Shown here: in pieces, positions 1 to 9,041 of the stretch | Position numbering within the stretch: the stretch's first letter is position 1 | Layout: every line of letters begins with the position of its first letter | Virus record (IMG/VR): IMGVR_UViG_3300031992_000072 | Location: 16,402 to 80,401 of that record | Length of the DNA stretch: 64,000 bases | Direction: 5' to 3' (one strand) | Origin: a virus | Taxonomy: Duplodnaviria; Caudoviricetes | Made by a program: the position numbers and the translations under genes | The notes under the pieces: model-generated | Told to the model about the DNA's origin: nothing | Database searches by the model: none | The model's input: only the letters and a program-made list of their open reading frames with translations

Positions 1-104
1 CTTTGGAGTTCCGTCAAACTGTTTTACAACACGATAGCCAGATCTTTTATTGGATGTTGTGTTAGCATAGCATAAAACATACGAAGGCCAGAACGAACCA
101 TTTT

Positions 105-2927
105 TTATGTCTCTGTCGAGGACAATAGCAAGCGAGTAGTACGTGCTTCTATAATCGCTTTCTGTTCTAGTCGTTTGGCTCGCTGTGTTGCCTTCTTCTG
201 CACCAGTCTGTATGTTATTTGGCAATCTTCACATCTGCACTGGTTAGATGCTTTACGCTCACACATTATTCCGCAGTCAATGCATTCATAGAAACCTTTG
301 GTGTTCTTTACACACTGATGATTCTTTACCCAGCTTGGAATTTTTGTATTACAATCCAAGCAAGTGTCGCAATCTTTTAAGTTTGCTTTGATGTTTGACA
401 GAGCAATTTCTCCGAAAACACGCCAGAACATTTGCTTATGGGCAGGTTTATTCATTCCTTCGCCTGCAAACAAATGTTTTACAATATATGGATATGCATT
501 TTCCAACGAACCAAATTTTTCTGTTATTCTGTCTGTTATATCTTCGGCAACTATTTCATATCCATTTATCAGTTTTCTTTCATCTGTATAAGCATTGTCT
601 CTTGCCTCAATGATGCTTGCTTTATTTGAATTGTCCATCTCACAGAATAATTCCGGAATTTCAGGACGTGAATTCACACAAGGTGCTGACAAAAGCATCT
701 GCCAGTTAAATCGAGGCAAACCAGAATAATTTAAATTGATATTTCCAATATCATCAAATGCTTTACAGATACGATTCATTGTAGAATTATTTGGATCTGC
801 ATATTTCTTCTTGCGGTTGTGCGGAGTATCTTTACGCCCGTTCTTGCTGAATGCAAAGAACGTTGGCATACGACCATTCTTTCCGCCGCAGGCTCTGCCA
901 ATACGTTTTGCAATTTGTGGAAAGTCTTTATATTCATGGACGACACCAGTCTTTGCTCCGTCTATACGCAGATTGTTTAAATACGTAAGAAGAGCCGCTG
1001 CCACTCTATCCGGGTTGTCTTTATTCCAGACACGAGTAAGCATATTGGATATTTCGCCAATGTTTGAATAATCATGTGACCTTTTCAGTCCTCTGAAAAG
1101 AGAGTCAAAACTGATTGGTTCCGCATTAGCTACTTCAGCATCGTAAAACAACGGTACAACATCAAAAGCTTTGATATTTCTTTCTGCTATATCAACAAAC
1201 AAAGGATCAACTATAACATTTAGCTGATCCCCGTCGACATCGAACTGCAGAATTCTTGATATCATGCTTTTACAACTTGTATGGATAGCGTTTGTGTAAA
1301 ACCAATCATAAACATTTTGATCGTGTGATATTTTCTGTACAGAGTGCTCAAAATAAAGATGCGGAGATCTTAGAACATCAGCTTTATCATGTCTCCTGAA
1401 GATCTTACATGCGACTTCATCTTTTGCCAGCAAACCTTTCGGTTCTTTGATGCCAAGGAACCAATATTCACAAGCCGCATAAAAGTCAGGCAATACAAAA
1501 AGTCTTTTGTTTTCACACTTTATTTTGCCGGACTTTGCATCAAGAAGCATTCTTTTACGAATATCTCTTAAAGTTTCTTTTGTATAAGCTTCACGTAAAA
1601 GCTCTGGATAATATGCCAGCGCAGCCTTGTACGGTTGTTCAGAATTCTTTTCTGCTTTCAACGTTTTAAGCATCGTATCAGGATCTTTTGTAATACCTTC
1701 AATCCTTGAGTGCTCCTCAGCTGTAAACTGTTTTATTTCATCGTCTGTCATTATTTGAAGCGTCTGTATCTGCTGATAATTTGTGTATGTGTCTTTTATA
1801 TAGTCTTCTTCATAGTTTGTTCTGCTGAAATGACAGTTATTTTCTTTGTAAAATTTCTTATATTCATCCCAGTCTTTATAAAGCTTATATAGTTTAAACA
1901 TAGATGTTGTTAAGATAACATTGATTCTTTCTTTTATAAGATCATGTTTTACACCCCATGCATCTTCTATAATCGGATCAACGTTATTAACCTTGCACCA
2001 TTTTATATAATCCCAGCTGCCCAGTAATCCTTTAATCCAGTCACCTCGTACCATAAAGTTGGATTTTGAAACTTCAGGAAGCATCATTCCGCATCCGTCT
2101 GTATGATCAATCTCAACAGTGCGTACTCCAACTTCATATGAATAATCAGGCTTTATATACATCATTCTGTCTGTTACAGGAGCTTTAAATTCTTTGATAA
2201 CGATACAACGATCTATATCAAAGTCTGTCCACTCTTCTGTGGCTGACGCAGCCAGTGCAAGATATGCCATATATTTTGAAACGTTCAGACTTCCTCTTGA
2301 ATTAATTAAGTCCCAGTCCATTCCGCATTCAAGACGTGCATGAACTTTATCCCACATTTCATCCGAGATGAATACAACCTTATCTCTTCTGAGTTGTCCT
2401 GCGCTGGCTGAGAAAAACCTGTAATGTTTATTCACAACCTTATCGCCATTCAACACAGAAAGATAAAATCCGTTTAAAACAAACTGTCTTAATATTTCAA
2501 GATTTTTCCATTTAATCACAATCAAGTCAAGCGTCTTATCAAGATGCTTCAACCCCATTGATCGTGATAATTCACAACAAAATTCTGCAATCTTCTTTCC
2601 TGTTTTCAGATTATCATATGTAACGCCTTCAGGAAACGGATAATCTGCATCTTTAGGATAATAGATTACGGATTTCAGTCTGACAAATCGTGGTTCATTT
2701 TCATGTTCGTGAATTAACTTTTCAAGGGTTTGCTTTATTTCATTTTTTCTTTGAATGACATTTTCCCGTTCTTCTCCTCCTTTAATGTTTTGAGCGTCCA
2801 TTTCGTCTAGCTTGTTCTTTTCTGCGATTATCTGCATATATAAGTCATATTCTTCGTCAGTGAACAAGTCATAGCTGGATAGGGATACCAACCTTATCTG
2901 CTCTTGCAGATATGTTTTTACAGACAA
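105..2927 (-). CDS. YonO/RdRP-like single-subunit two-barrel RNA polymerase (RNAP-1) with C-terminal Cys-rich Zn ribbons
   Basis: Motifs SASAGQLR, TDGCG, VLRSPH and catalytic FDVDGD (about 1227-1241); C-terminal CxxC pairs. Start moved to TTG at 2927, which follows AGGAGG (about 940 aa). Confidence 0.85.
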   Translation of the reverse strand: MSVKTYLQEQIRLVSLSSYDLFTDEEYDLYMQIIAEKNKLDEMDAQNIKGGEERENVIQRKNEIKQTLEKLIHEHENEPRFVRLKSVIYYPKDADYPFPEGVTYDNLKTGKKIAEFCCELSRSMGLKHLDKTLDLIVIKWKNLEILRQFVLNGFYLSVLNGDKVVNKHYRFFSASAGQLRRDKVVFISDEMWDKVHARLECGMDWDLINSRGSLNVSKYMAYLALAASATEEWTDFDIDRCIVIKEFKAPVTDRMMYIKPDYSYEVGVRTVEIDHTDGCGMMLPEVSKSNFMVRGDWIKGLLGSWDYIKWCKVNNVDPIIEDAWGVKHDLIKERINVILTTSMFKLYKLYKDWDEYKKFYKENNCHFSRTNYEEDYIKDTYTNYQQIQTLQIMTDDEIKQFTAEEHSRIEGITKDPDTMLKTLKAEKNSEQPYKAALAYYPELLREAYTKETLRDIRKRMLLDAKSGKIKCENKRLFVLPDFYAACEYWFLGIKEPKGLLAKDEVACKIFRRHDKADVLRSPHLYFEHSVQKISHDQNVYDWFYTNAIHTSCKSMISRILQFDVDGDQLNVIVDPLFVDIAERNIKAFDVVPLFYDAEVANAEPISFDSLFRGLKRSHDYSNIGEISNMLTRVWNKDNPDRVAAALLTYLNNLRIDGAKTGVVHEYKDFPQIAKRIGRACGGKNGRMPTFFAFSKNGRKDTPHNRKKKYADPNNSTMNRICKAFDDIGNINLNYSGLPRFNWQMLLSAPCVNSRPEIPELFCEMDNSNKASIIEARDNAYTDERKLINGYEIVAEDITDRITEKFGSLENAYPYIVKHLFAGEGMNKPAHKQMFWRVFGEIALSNIKANLKDCDTCLDCNTKIPSWVKNHQCVKNTKGFYECIDCGIMCERKASNQCRCEDCQITYRLVQKKATQRAKRLEQKAIIEARTTRLLLSSTET

Positions 2928-2985
2928 ACAGACCAGTCCTCCTTTTATGAATTTATATGATAAATCCCTTACGGGAATTGAATTT

Positions 2986-3017
2986 AAAAGCCGTGCGTTA
3001 TGGGCGTTTCGCACGGC
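2986..3017 (-). terminator. Terminator-like hairpin in the RNAP-1 leader
   Basis: GCCGTGCG-N12-CGCACGGC followed by TTTT on the minus strand, about 60 nt before the start codon. Confidence 0.5.
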
Positions 3018-3264
3018 ACGTAGCCATTCTCCCATGCCCTATGGCTTGCACCCATCAGGTTCGCCTGTCCCTGAACTATGACGAGAAACGAGAATACACC
3101 AAACGGGTTCGAACTTGAGAGGGTGTGCTGACAAAATCCTATTGCTCGCTCGTTTCTTTTTGTTGGAAAGGAGGTGTCACTCACAACACGTTTAACGTCA
3201 CCACACTATAAATGACGGGAGCTTTTCCAGTCAGAGCAATAAGTATTTGCCTCTCAGAAATTAG

Positions 3265-3335
3265 TAGGGCGTCTGAGAATTGAACTCAAATTGATGGTTT
3301 ATAAGACCATTCTTCTACCGTTGAAGTAACGCCCA
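3265..3335 (-). tRNA. trnI: tRNA-Ile(UAU)
   Basis: Cloverleaf folded by hand: D stem CTTC/GAAG, anticodon arm ATGGT-CTTATAA-ACCAT, T arm TTGAG-TTCAATT-CTCAG. U1:U72 mismatch; no encoded CCA. Confidence 0.8.
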
Positions 3336-3645
3336 TCAAAAAGAGCCGCTATAGAACAACGAAAGGAAAATCTATAACGGCTCAGGCAACACGAGAACTC
3401 GTACTGGTCTTGGCTAATGACTCGAAGGATGTTCGCGAGTCTTCACGCACGAGAGAGTTGCTGCTGCATCAGTAAGTATCGTCCCAATACCGCTGTGAAA
3501 TCGTATTTTAAAATTGTGTGAGGTGATGATACATACTCTTTTTATTAAATTGGCGGCATCAGGAGGTGAGCCTGACATTAATGCTTGATCACGCAACCGC
3601 ATATAAAGACTGCATTGGATATCACTGTGTCCTTTTAATGCAGCT

Positions 3646-3697
3646 TCTTTCCTTTACGGTCTATTTCGCTTGACTTCATATTTCGGTACCTAACTAA
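3646..3697 (-). promoter_or_regulatory. Conserved intergenic motif A, copy 1 (candidate phage promoter or RNA motif)
   Basis: GTTAGGTACC..TGAAGTCAAGCGAAATAGACCGTAAAGGA; recurs at 13821, 23461 and 36662. Confidence 0.6.
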
Positions 3698-3760
3698 AAA
3701 AAGGAGCGAGTAAAAATACCCGCTCCTTTGCATAACAAACTAAATATGAAATATTACACA

Positions 3761-3830
3761 AGAAAAGAATGACAATACCCTGGAAACCTGAAAATTTATT
3801 TTCAGGTTTCCTGGGTTTTGTCTTTCTTTT
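3761..3830. repeat. Long imperfect inverted repeat downstream of the RT
   Basis: Perfect core GGAAACCTGAAAAT (3782-3795) / ATTTTCAGGTTTCC (3798-3811); extends with a few mismatches to about 30 bp. Confidence 0.85.
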
Positions 3831-3893
3831 ATTGAATGACATACCTTTGTGTGTCATCACATAACATGTAATGAGTCTCTCGACATTTCTTTG

Positions 3894-5045
3894 TTATGCT
3901 ATAGTTCCATTCAGGTATTTCTTAAACATGCTGCCAACATTTACAGACCATTTTTTATTGTATTGATCAATTATCTTTTTGAAATACTCAGGTTCTATCA
4001 TGCTGTAATAAGATAGTTGTCCTCTGAGATGCGTTACATCTCCTATATCCCAAAAGTTCTTGTTCTTTGTATCAAGGATGAAAGAACAAAGAGCTGCTTT
4101 GAAATAGTTCTTTTTCTTTACCGAAACTGTAATGTCATTATCCTTATTCAGCAACAATCCAAGACACCAGTTTGCTGATTTCCCAGCCTTTTTTCCGAAG
4201 TGCGTCTTTTCGTTTTTGATTTTAAAAGGCGCTCCAAACTCTTTTAATGTATCTTCAATTAGTTTAACAATTTCTTCATAAGGAAAGCATTTTTCTGCGG
4301 ATATATGAATATCATCTGCATATCTGGTGTATATAATTTTCCTATCGGCAAGCATATTAAACAGCTTATGATCGATAGGAATCATCATAATATTTGTGAG
4401 CGTTGGCGAAAGCACTGTACCCTGTGGCAGTCCGCCGTTCAGGAAACCAAGCGATAAAGCTTTTTCTAGTTCGTTTCGTCCTTCTTCAGATTTGCAGATT
4501 TCTGAAAGAGGAAAGATAATCGAACACATTTTCATAACAAATTCCAGCGTTGTACTCGGAAAGAATCCGCTAAAATCTGTTTTCAAAAACCAGTTACTAT
4601 TATTCCTTTGGTGTTTTTTAACACAATCTACGATACATCTGTCTTCAATATATGCAAAAGCAGATGTATGATACAGAACACCACAGTCATTTTTCAGAAA
4701 ACTACTCAGTACTCTTAGTGCGTTCTGTAGTTCGTCGCATGGTGCGTCTATTTGTCTGAAGCCGCCAGTAGTCTTTGGAATTTTAAAGCTGTTATATAAA
4801 CTTTTTCTGTCTTTTTCAAACAAATTACTGTTTAATAAATTAAACTTTCTCAACCAGTTAATCATTCCATTAACATCTATTTTATTTAGAAATGCTTCCG
4901 GAATTTCTTCAAACTTCTTTGTAATAGTAGCACTTGAATAGCTTTTTTCATTTGTAAGTTCGTTTAGAACTATTTTTTCGTTAAATACATCTTCCCAAGT
5001 TAACTGATGAGGTTTGCGATTTTGTTTTACTGTTAAATATATCAT
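3894..5045 (-). CDS. Retron-like reverse transcriptase
   Basis: FKIPKTTGGFRQIDAP, KTDFSGFFPS, GLPQGTVLSP, YTRYADDI and LGLLLN motifs; 383 aa, stand-alone, no maturase or endonuclease extension. Confidence 0.9.
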   Translation of the reverse strand: MIYLTVKQNRKPHQLTWEDVFNEKIVLNELTNEKSYSSATITKKFEEIPEAFLNKIDVNGMINWLRKFNLLNSNLFEKDRKSLYNSFKIPKTTGGFRQIDAPCDELQNALRVLSSFLKNDCGVLYHTSAFAYIEDRCIVDCVKKHQRNNSNWFLKTDFSGFFPSTTLEFVMKMCSIIFPLSEICKSEEGRNELEKALSLGFLNGGLPQGTVLSPTLTNIMMIPIDHKLFNMLADRKIIYTRYADDIHISAEKCFPYEEIVKLIEDTLKEFGAPFKIKNEKTHFGKKAGKSANWCLGLLLNKDNDITVSVKKKNYFKAALCSFILDTKNKNFWDIGDVTHLRGQLSYYSMIEPEYFKKIIDQYNKKWSVNVGSMFKKYLNGTIA

Positions 5046-5058
5046 TTCTTTTGCCTCG

Positions 5059-5330
5059 CACTTAAACTAAATTACTAGAACCAGTCATCTCGCTGCCTCC
5101 TCGAGTCGCCGCGCTTGATTCTTTTCCGTCGCTTCTTCCCGATTTCGGGGTCTTTGTTTAGGTTTCTGACTTGTGATTTGTCCATGTTTTCATTTTCTAG
5201 CCCTTTCGACATCCTACTGGGCACCGTATCCGGACCACCTCGTGCTTCCAGGAAGGCGTTTTTACCGGGCAAAGTGATACAATTCATTACATGAATTGTT
5301 CAACGAGTGAACGTTGATTTTCTTTAAGTG
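5059..5330 (-). ncRNA. Candidate retron msr-msd ncRNA
   Basis: Terminal inverted repeat CACTTAAA (5330-5323) / TTTAAGTG (5066-5059); G immediately after a1; two hairpins at 5300-5317 and 5279-5299; ends 13 nt before the RT ATG. Confidence 0.6.
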
Positions 5331-6002
5331 TTACAAGACAAGTGTTTCGAAATTAAACGGATTCAGTATCATTGCTCTTTCAAGTTTCTCTTCTTTAACA
5401 AAATTAACAAAATTTATCACACCAGCCATTGCGACGCTCCACACAGTCGGCATTACGCAAAGTGATACTTTACATGCGCTGACAGGAACATTCTTTTCAG
5501 CTTCTGCGTGAGTAAAATCCATTGTTTCAAGTAACGCTTGAATATCAGAAGTTTTAGTCCAGTCAGCAGCATAATGCTGCGCGGAAACCAAAGCAGTCCT
5601 GAAATCGAACATCGCCTTAATATTCAGGTTATACTTATTCTCTTCGACAATGCGCTTCCTAAGCTCAATATTGTCAACACAAAGAAAAACATAACCATTC
5701 AGCTTATTTCCATCCCAGCCGTCTCCGTATAATTTAATTGTCTTCGCTGCTTCCGGATTAATCTCAACCCAACGGTCATATACACCTTCAAGTTTTGGTT
5801 TATAAAGATTTTTCGTAGTAAACATCTGATTAGCCAGATTATGTTCTTCAACAACGTCAAAGTCATACAAACTGACATTTTTCAAGCCAAATCTGGCAAG
5901 CAGCTCAGCCACCGTAGAACCGACTGAGCCGCAGCCAATGATATGAATTCTGTCTGTACACTTTTCAGGGTTAAAGAACTCAGCACTTTTTGCTAAATTC
6001 AC
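5331..6002 (-). CDS. ThiF/E1-like adenylating enzyme
   Basis: IIGCGSVG nucleotide-binding loop, DFDVVEEHNLANQ, CVDNIELR, downstream Cys (CKVSLC). GTG start overlaps the JAB stop. Confidence 0.9.
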   Translation of the reverse strand: MNLAKSAEFFNPEKCTDRIHIIGCGSVGSTVAELLARFGLKNVSLYDFDVVEEHNLANQMFTTKNLYKPKLEGVYDRWVEINPEAAKTIKLYGDGWDGNKLNGYVFLCVDNIELRKRIVEENKYNLNIKAMFDFRTALVSAQHYAADWTKTSDIQALLETMDFTHAEAEKNVPVSACKVSLCVMPTVWSVAMAGVINFVNFVKEEKLERAMILNPFNFETLVL

Positions 6003-6772
6003 CAGTCATACCCTCCGTAATACGTTCCGTCCCAATAGTCATTGAGATAGACTGTTTCGTTTTTTTCGTTTTTTTTACTCTTTTTCTGAACCGGATAATA
6101 ATTCTGATAAGGATAAGTTTTCTTTTCCAGCACCAGTTCTTTTGTAGAAGCGATAAAACCAGAAACTGTGTCGTCTTCGTCTTCAATATCAATCACTACA
6201 TCGTTTTTATCATAGAACATATTATTATCCAGATCATAAAGATAAGTATTAATATCTCCGCTCTTATTCCAAATCTGGAAAATATAGAAACCAGACTTAC
6301 CCATACTTCTGACAACATCTGCCTGGTTTTGAAGGTCTACTCCTGATGCTGCTGTAGACATCTTTACATGAGAATGCGCCTGAAAATGCATATGTTCAGC
6401 TTCATCATCTGTAAGAGAATTGAAGAACTCAAGAGTATCATTATCTTCAGTGTCAACCTTACTGCCATTTACATACTGCTTACAGATTTTTACATCATAT
6501 ACATAATAGAGCGTATCAGACAGTTTCTTGACAAGCCCATACCAGGCGACCTCAGTGTCATAATAATTGACCAAGGCTTCCATACGAACATATGCCTTCT
6601 GAGAATAAACGATAGTAATCTTTTCTTTTGCTTTCATTGAAAAGTCTGTAGAAAATGTGAACTTTGTATCATTCATATTTTCCTTAAACTTTTCCCATTC
6701 TTTTCTAAAGTTTGCAAAGAATGATTCAAGCATTTTATTTTCAACTTCTTCTGTTATTTTAATCGGCTTCAT
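5999..6772 (-). CDS. JAB/JAMM metallopeptidase
   Basis: Glu in EVAWYG plus an exact HxH-x7-S-x2-D motif (HSHVKMSTAASGVD). Confidence 0.85.
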   Translation of the reverse strand: MKPIKITEEVENKMLESFFANFRKEWEKFKENMNDTKFTFSTDFSMKAKEKITIVYSQKAYVRMEALVNYYDTEVAWYGLVKKLSDTLYYVYDVKICKQYVNGSKVDTEDNDTLEFFNSLTDDEAEHMHFQAHSHVKMSTAASGVDLQNQADVVRSMGKSGFYIFQIWNKSGDINTYLYDLDNNMFYDKNDVVIDIEDEDDTVSGFIASTKELVLEKKTYPYQNYYPVQKKSKKNEKNETVYLNDYWDGTYYGGYDW

Positions 6773-8229
6773 TCTTCTTTCTCCTTGTCAACCAAATAAA
6801 TCAACGCTTCTTCAGGAGTCATATCTACCCCATCTTTACGGCGAAGAACTTTCTCACGGCTGGTCAGAAGCCAACCAAGAAACGGTCTGAAGTTCTGTTC
6901 AGTTTCTTCAAGATTAACAGAACCTGCGGAAGCACAGCAATATTCAACCGCAACAATATAATTACGATTCAACATTGCATCAATAATCCTGTCGCCAAAC
7001 TGACCGAAACAGGAATAATTCTTAAAATGAGGATTCGGAATATATTCTTTCAATTCCGGATCAGCAACTACATAATCATACGTTCTTGTTGACGTACAAT
7101 TGCAACTATCAAAGTCAAGCGTATAATTACTGCAAATTTTAATCGCAAATTCAGGGCTTTCACAGAAAATGCTGTTCAACAAAATCTTCCTGTTTTCACG
7201 GTCTTTGAATGCATCGAGCAGGTTATTCTGCATATACTTGCCGTCAAAGATATGTCCTGCTTTTGCAAAGCTTTCCCATGCATCCTCATTATAATTATTC
7301 AGCAAAGTACCAACCGCAAATGTAAGCTTGCTTCCCTGGATCTTCAGATTAAACAGTTGCTTATTTGTGCTGAGATATTCAACAAATTCATCTTCAAGAT
7401 CATTCACATTTTCAGTTGCTTTCAGTCCTTCATAAAGAACAATAAGTTCCTTCAGATGCTTAATTGCGTTTGTATATTCAGTCTTTGTCGATTCTACATA
7501 CCGCCTCTGATCTGATACATCCCTGAAAGCATGATTGACTTTACCTTCATGCATTGCCTTCAGAAGTGTACCAAGCATCATGCGTCTGAAGTCCATTGTA
7601 TAAGGAGCTACCGCATTCTTGATGCTCTGAACAAACGCAAGCTTATCATTCTTTGCGAGCGTTGTAATGATCGAATAATCTTTCTGTTCAAGAGGCTTAT
7701 ACTTAAACAGATTCGGCATCATAAGACTAAGGAACGAAATAAGAAGATGATAATATTTTATATCCTTGGATCTGATAAAGATTGCCGCAATATTCTTTTC
7801 TTTATGCCGAGCAGCAATACAATCCACATCAGCTTTTTCTTTCAGAAAAGCACCAATCTTTTCAATAATAACATAATCATGAAGCGCCAAATCAGACTTA
7901 ACATTATCATAATTATGCGTATATGTATAATAGCAAAACATCGGAACGTCTGTAAGAGATTCTTCTCTATCAAACAGATTCAATACTGCTGAACTTTCTT
8001 CTGGATACGAACAATAAACACCACTAATACCTTTATAAGGATTGATTCTTTCTTTCAGAAGAGCAATCCCAAGACATGTCAACGAGTAATCAGGCTCGTT
8101 TTCCAGCCTGGAAATAGTGTCAATATACTCCTGTGGAATAGGATCGATAGGATTCTGAATATATTCTCTGAACATTTCTTTTGTTTCTCCGTTTCTTTTA
8201 TTAAAATTAGGGGAGCTGATATATTTCAA
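6769..8229 (-). CDS. Large protein with a C-terminal prokaryotic E2-like domain
   Basis: PNPHFKNYSCFG motif (His..Cys) near the C-terminus; central coiled coil; lies between the Ubl and JAB genes. Confidence 0.6.
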   Translation of the reverse strand: MKYISSPNFNKRNGETKEMFREYIQNPIDPIPQEYIDTISRLENEPDYSLTCLGIALLKERINPYKGISGVYCSYPEESSAVLNLFDREESLTDVPMFCYYTYTHNYDNVKSDLALHDYVIIEKIGAFLKEKADVDCIAARHKEKNIAAIFIRSKDIKYYHLLISFLSLMMPNLFKYKPLEQKDYSIITTLAKNDKLAFVQSIKNAVAPYTMDFRRMMLGTLLKAMHEGKVNHAFRDVSDQRRYVESTKTEYTNAIKHLKELIVLYEGLKATENVNDLEDEFVEYLSTNKQLFNLKIQGSKLTFAVGTLLNNYNEDAWESFAKAGHIFDGKYMQNNLLDAFKDRENRKILLNSIFCESPEFAIKICSNYTLDFDSCNCTSTRTYDYVVADPELKEYIPNPHFKNYSCFGQFGDRIIDAMLNRNYIVAVEYCCASAGSVNLEETEQNFRPFLGWLLTSREKVLRRKDGVDMTPEEALIYLVDKEKEE

Positions 8230-8253
8230 TCAGCTCCCCGTATATTACGGAGA

Positions 8254-8862
8254 TTATTTAGCAATAATCAGCTTATCAATCTCCGCTTCCTTTTCCGTGA
8301 TTTCCTTCAGCAGATCAGGAATTTCCTTTTCAATTTGATTCAGGTCAAGCAGTGCAGAACCCATAATGTCCTTCACCGCAGCCAGCTTATCATCGACATC
8401 CTCGTCGAGCAGGACGGTCACAGTGGCCTTGCCGCCGTCATTGGTATAGGTGCCGAAGCAGACACCATATTCATTGATAGAGCCACTGCCACTGCAGGTC
8501 TTCACCTTAAACAGAGCGTCACCGTCTTCATCAACGATCTTCAGCGCTTCGGGAGCATACTTTTCTACACGCTCCCAGTCTTCCCGAGCCACATCAGATA
8601 CAACAACAGCAGAAGCACCGGAAATTTCAACATGAGCAGCATTGTCGATCTTCACGATGGAAGACAGACGGCACTCCTTGTCGACGCCCCACTCACGCAG
8701 AGTCTTGTCCATTCCGGCAGGGTCAATACGAGTACCATCGATACAGTTGGTGGCTACAGAATAGTCCACGTCGAAAGCATCGAAGATCTCACGGATAGTG
8801 GTTCCTTCATCAAACAGGTCACTCTTGCGTCCAGCGGCAGTGGTAACATAAACTTTAATCAT
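8254..8862 (-). CDS. Ubiquitin-like (beta-grasp) protein fused to a C-terminal extension
   Basis: N-terminal 75 aa MIKVYV..TTIREIF..DG..MDKTLREWGV..RLSSIVKIDNA has a Ubl-like pattern; first gene of the E2-JAB-E1 operon. Confidence 0.65.
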   Translation of the reverse strand: MIKVYVTTAAGRKSDLFDEGTTIREIFDAFDVDYSVATNCIDGTRIDPAGMDKTLREWGVDKECRLSSIVKIDNAAHVEISGASAVVVSDVAREDWERVEKYAPEALKIVDEDGDALFKVKTCSGSGSINEYGVCFGTYTNDGGKATVTVLLDEDVDDKLAAVKDIMGSALLDLNQIEKEIPDLLKEITEKEAEIDKLIIAK

Positions 8863-8994
8863 CTTTTAATCTCTCCTTTTCTTTTATTAATCTTTTTAAT
8901 AGATGATTATTATATATAGCAAGTTTCCTTGCAATATACCAAAAGTAAGAAAAACAAATTGTAAGGGAATGAGGTCAAGCATGGAGCCCATCCC

Positions 8995-9041
8995 TCATAG
9001 TAATTGGCGGAGTTTACGACGCCAGGATGTAGAAACTATAT
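8995..9041 (-). promoter_or_regulatory. Conserved stem-loop motif B, copy 1
   Basis: TGGCG-GAGTTTACGA-CGCCA (plus strand); second copy at 18438-18484 has a compensatory base pair. Confidence 0.55.

Noticed and set aside
2928-3035. N-terminal extension of RNAP-1 in the ORF track
   Set aside because: AGGAGG sits at about 2937-2942, pointing to TTG 2927; the extension overlaps a terminator-like hairpin.
3095-3125. Extra tRNA from the GTTCGAACCC sequence
   Set aside because: No acceptor, D or anticodon arms could be built around it.
3894-5045. DGR or group II intron RT
   Set aside because: No TR/VR pair or avd-like gene seen, PQG motif rather than the DGR-type SQ, no maturase/HNH extension and no intron domain V.
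5075-5287. 70-aa basic ORF upstream of the RT
   Set aside because: Its start lies inside a hairpin with no RBS, and the region is better explained as ncRNA; not fully excluded.
8335-8919. 194-aa plus-strand ORF
   Set aside because: Antisense to the Ubl gene, which has the RBS and operon context.
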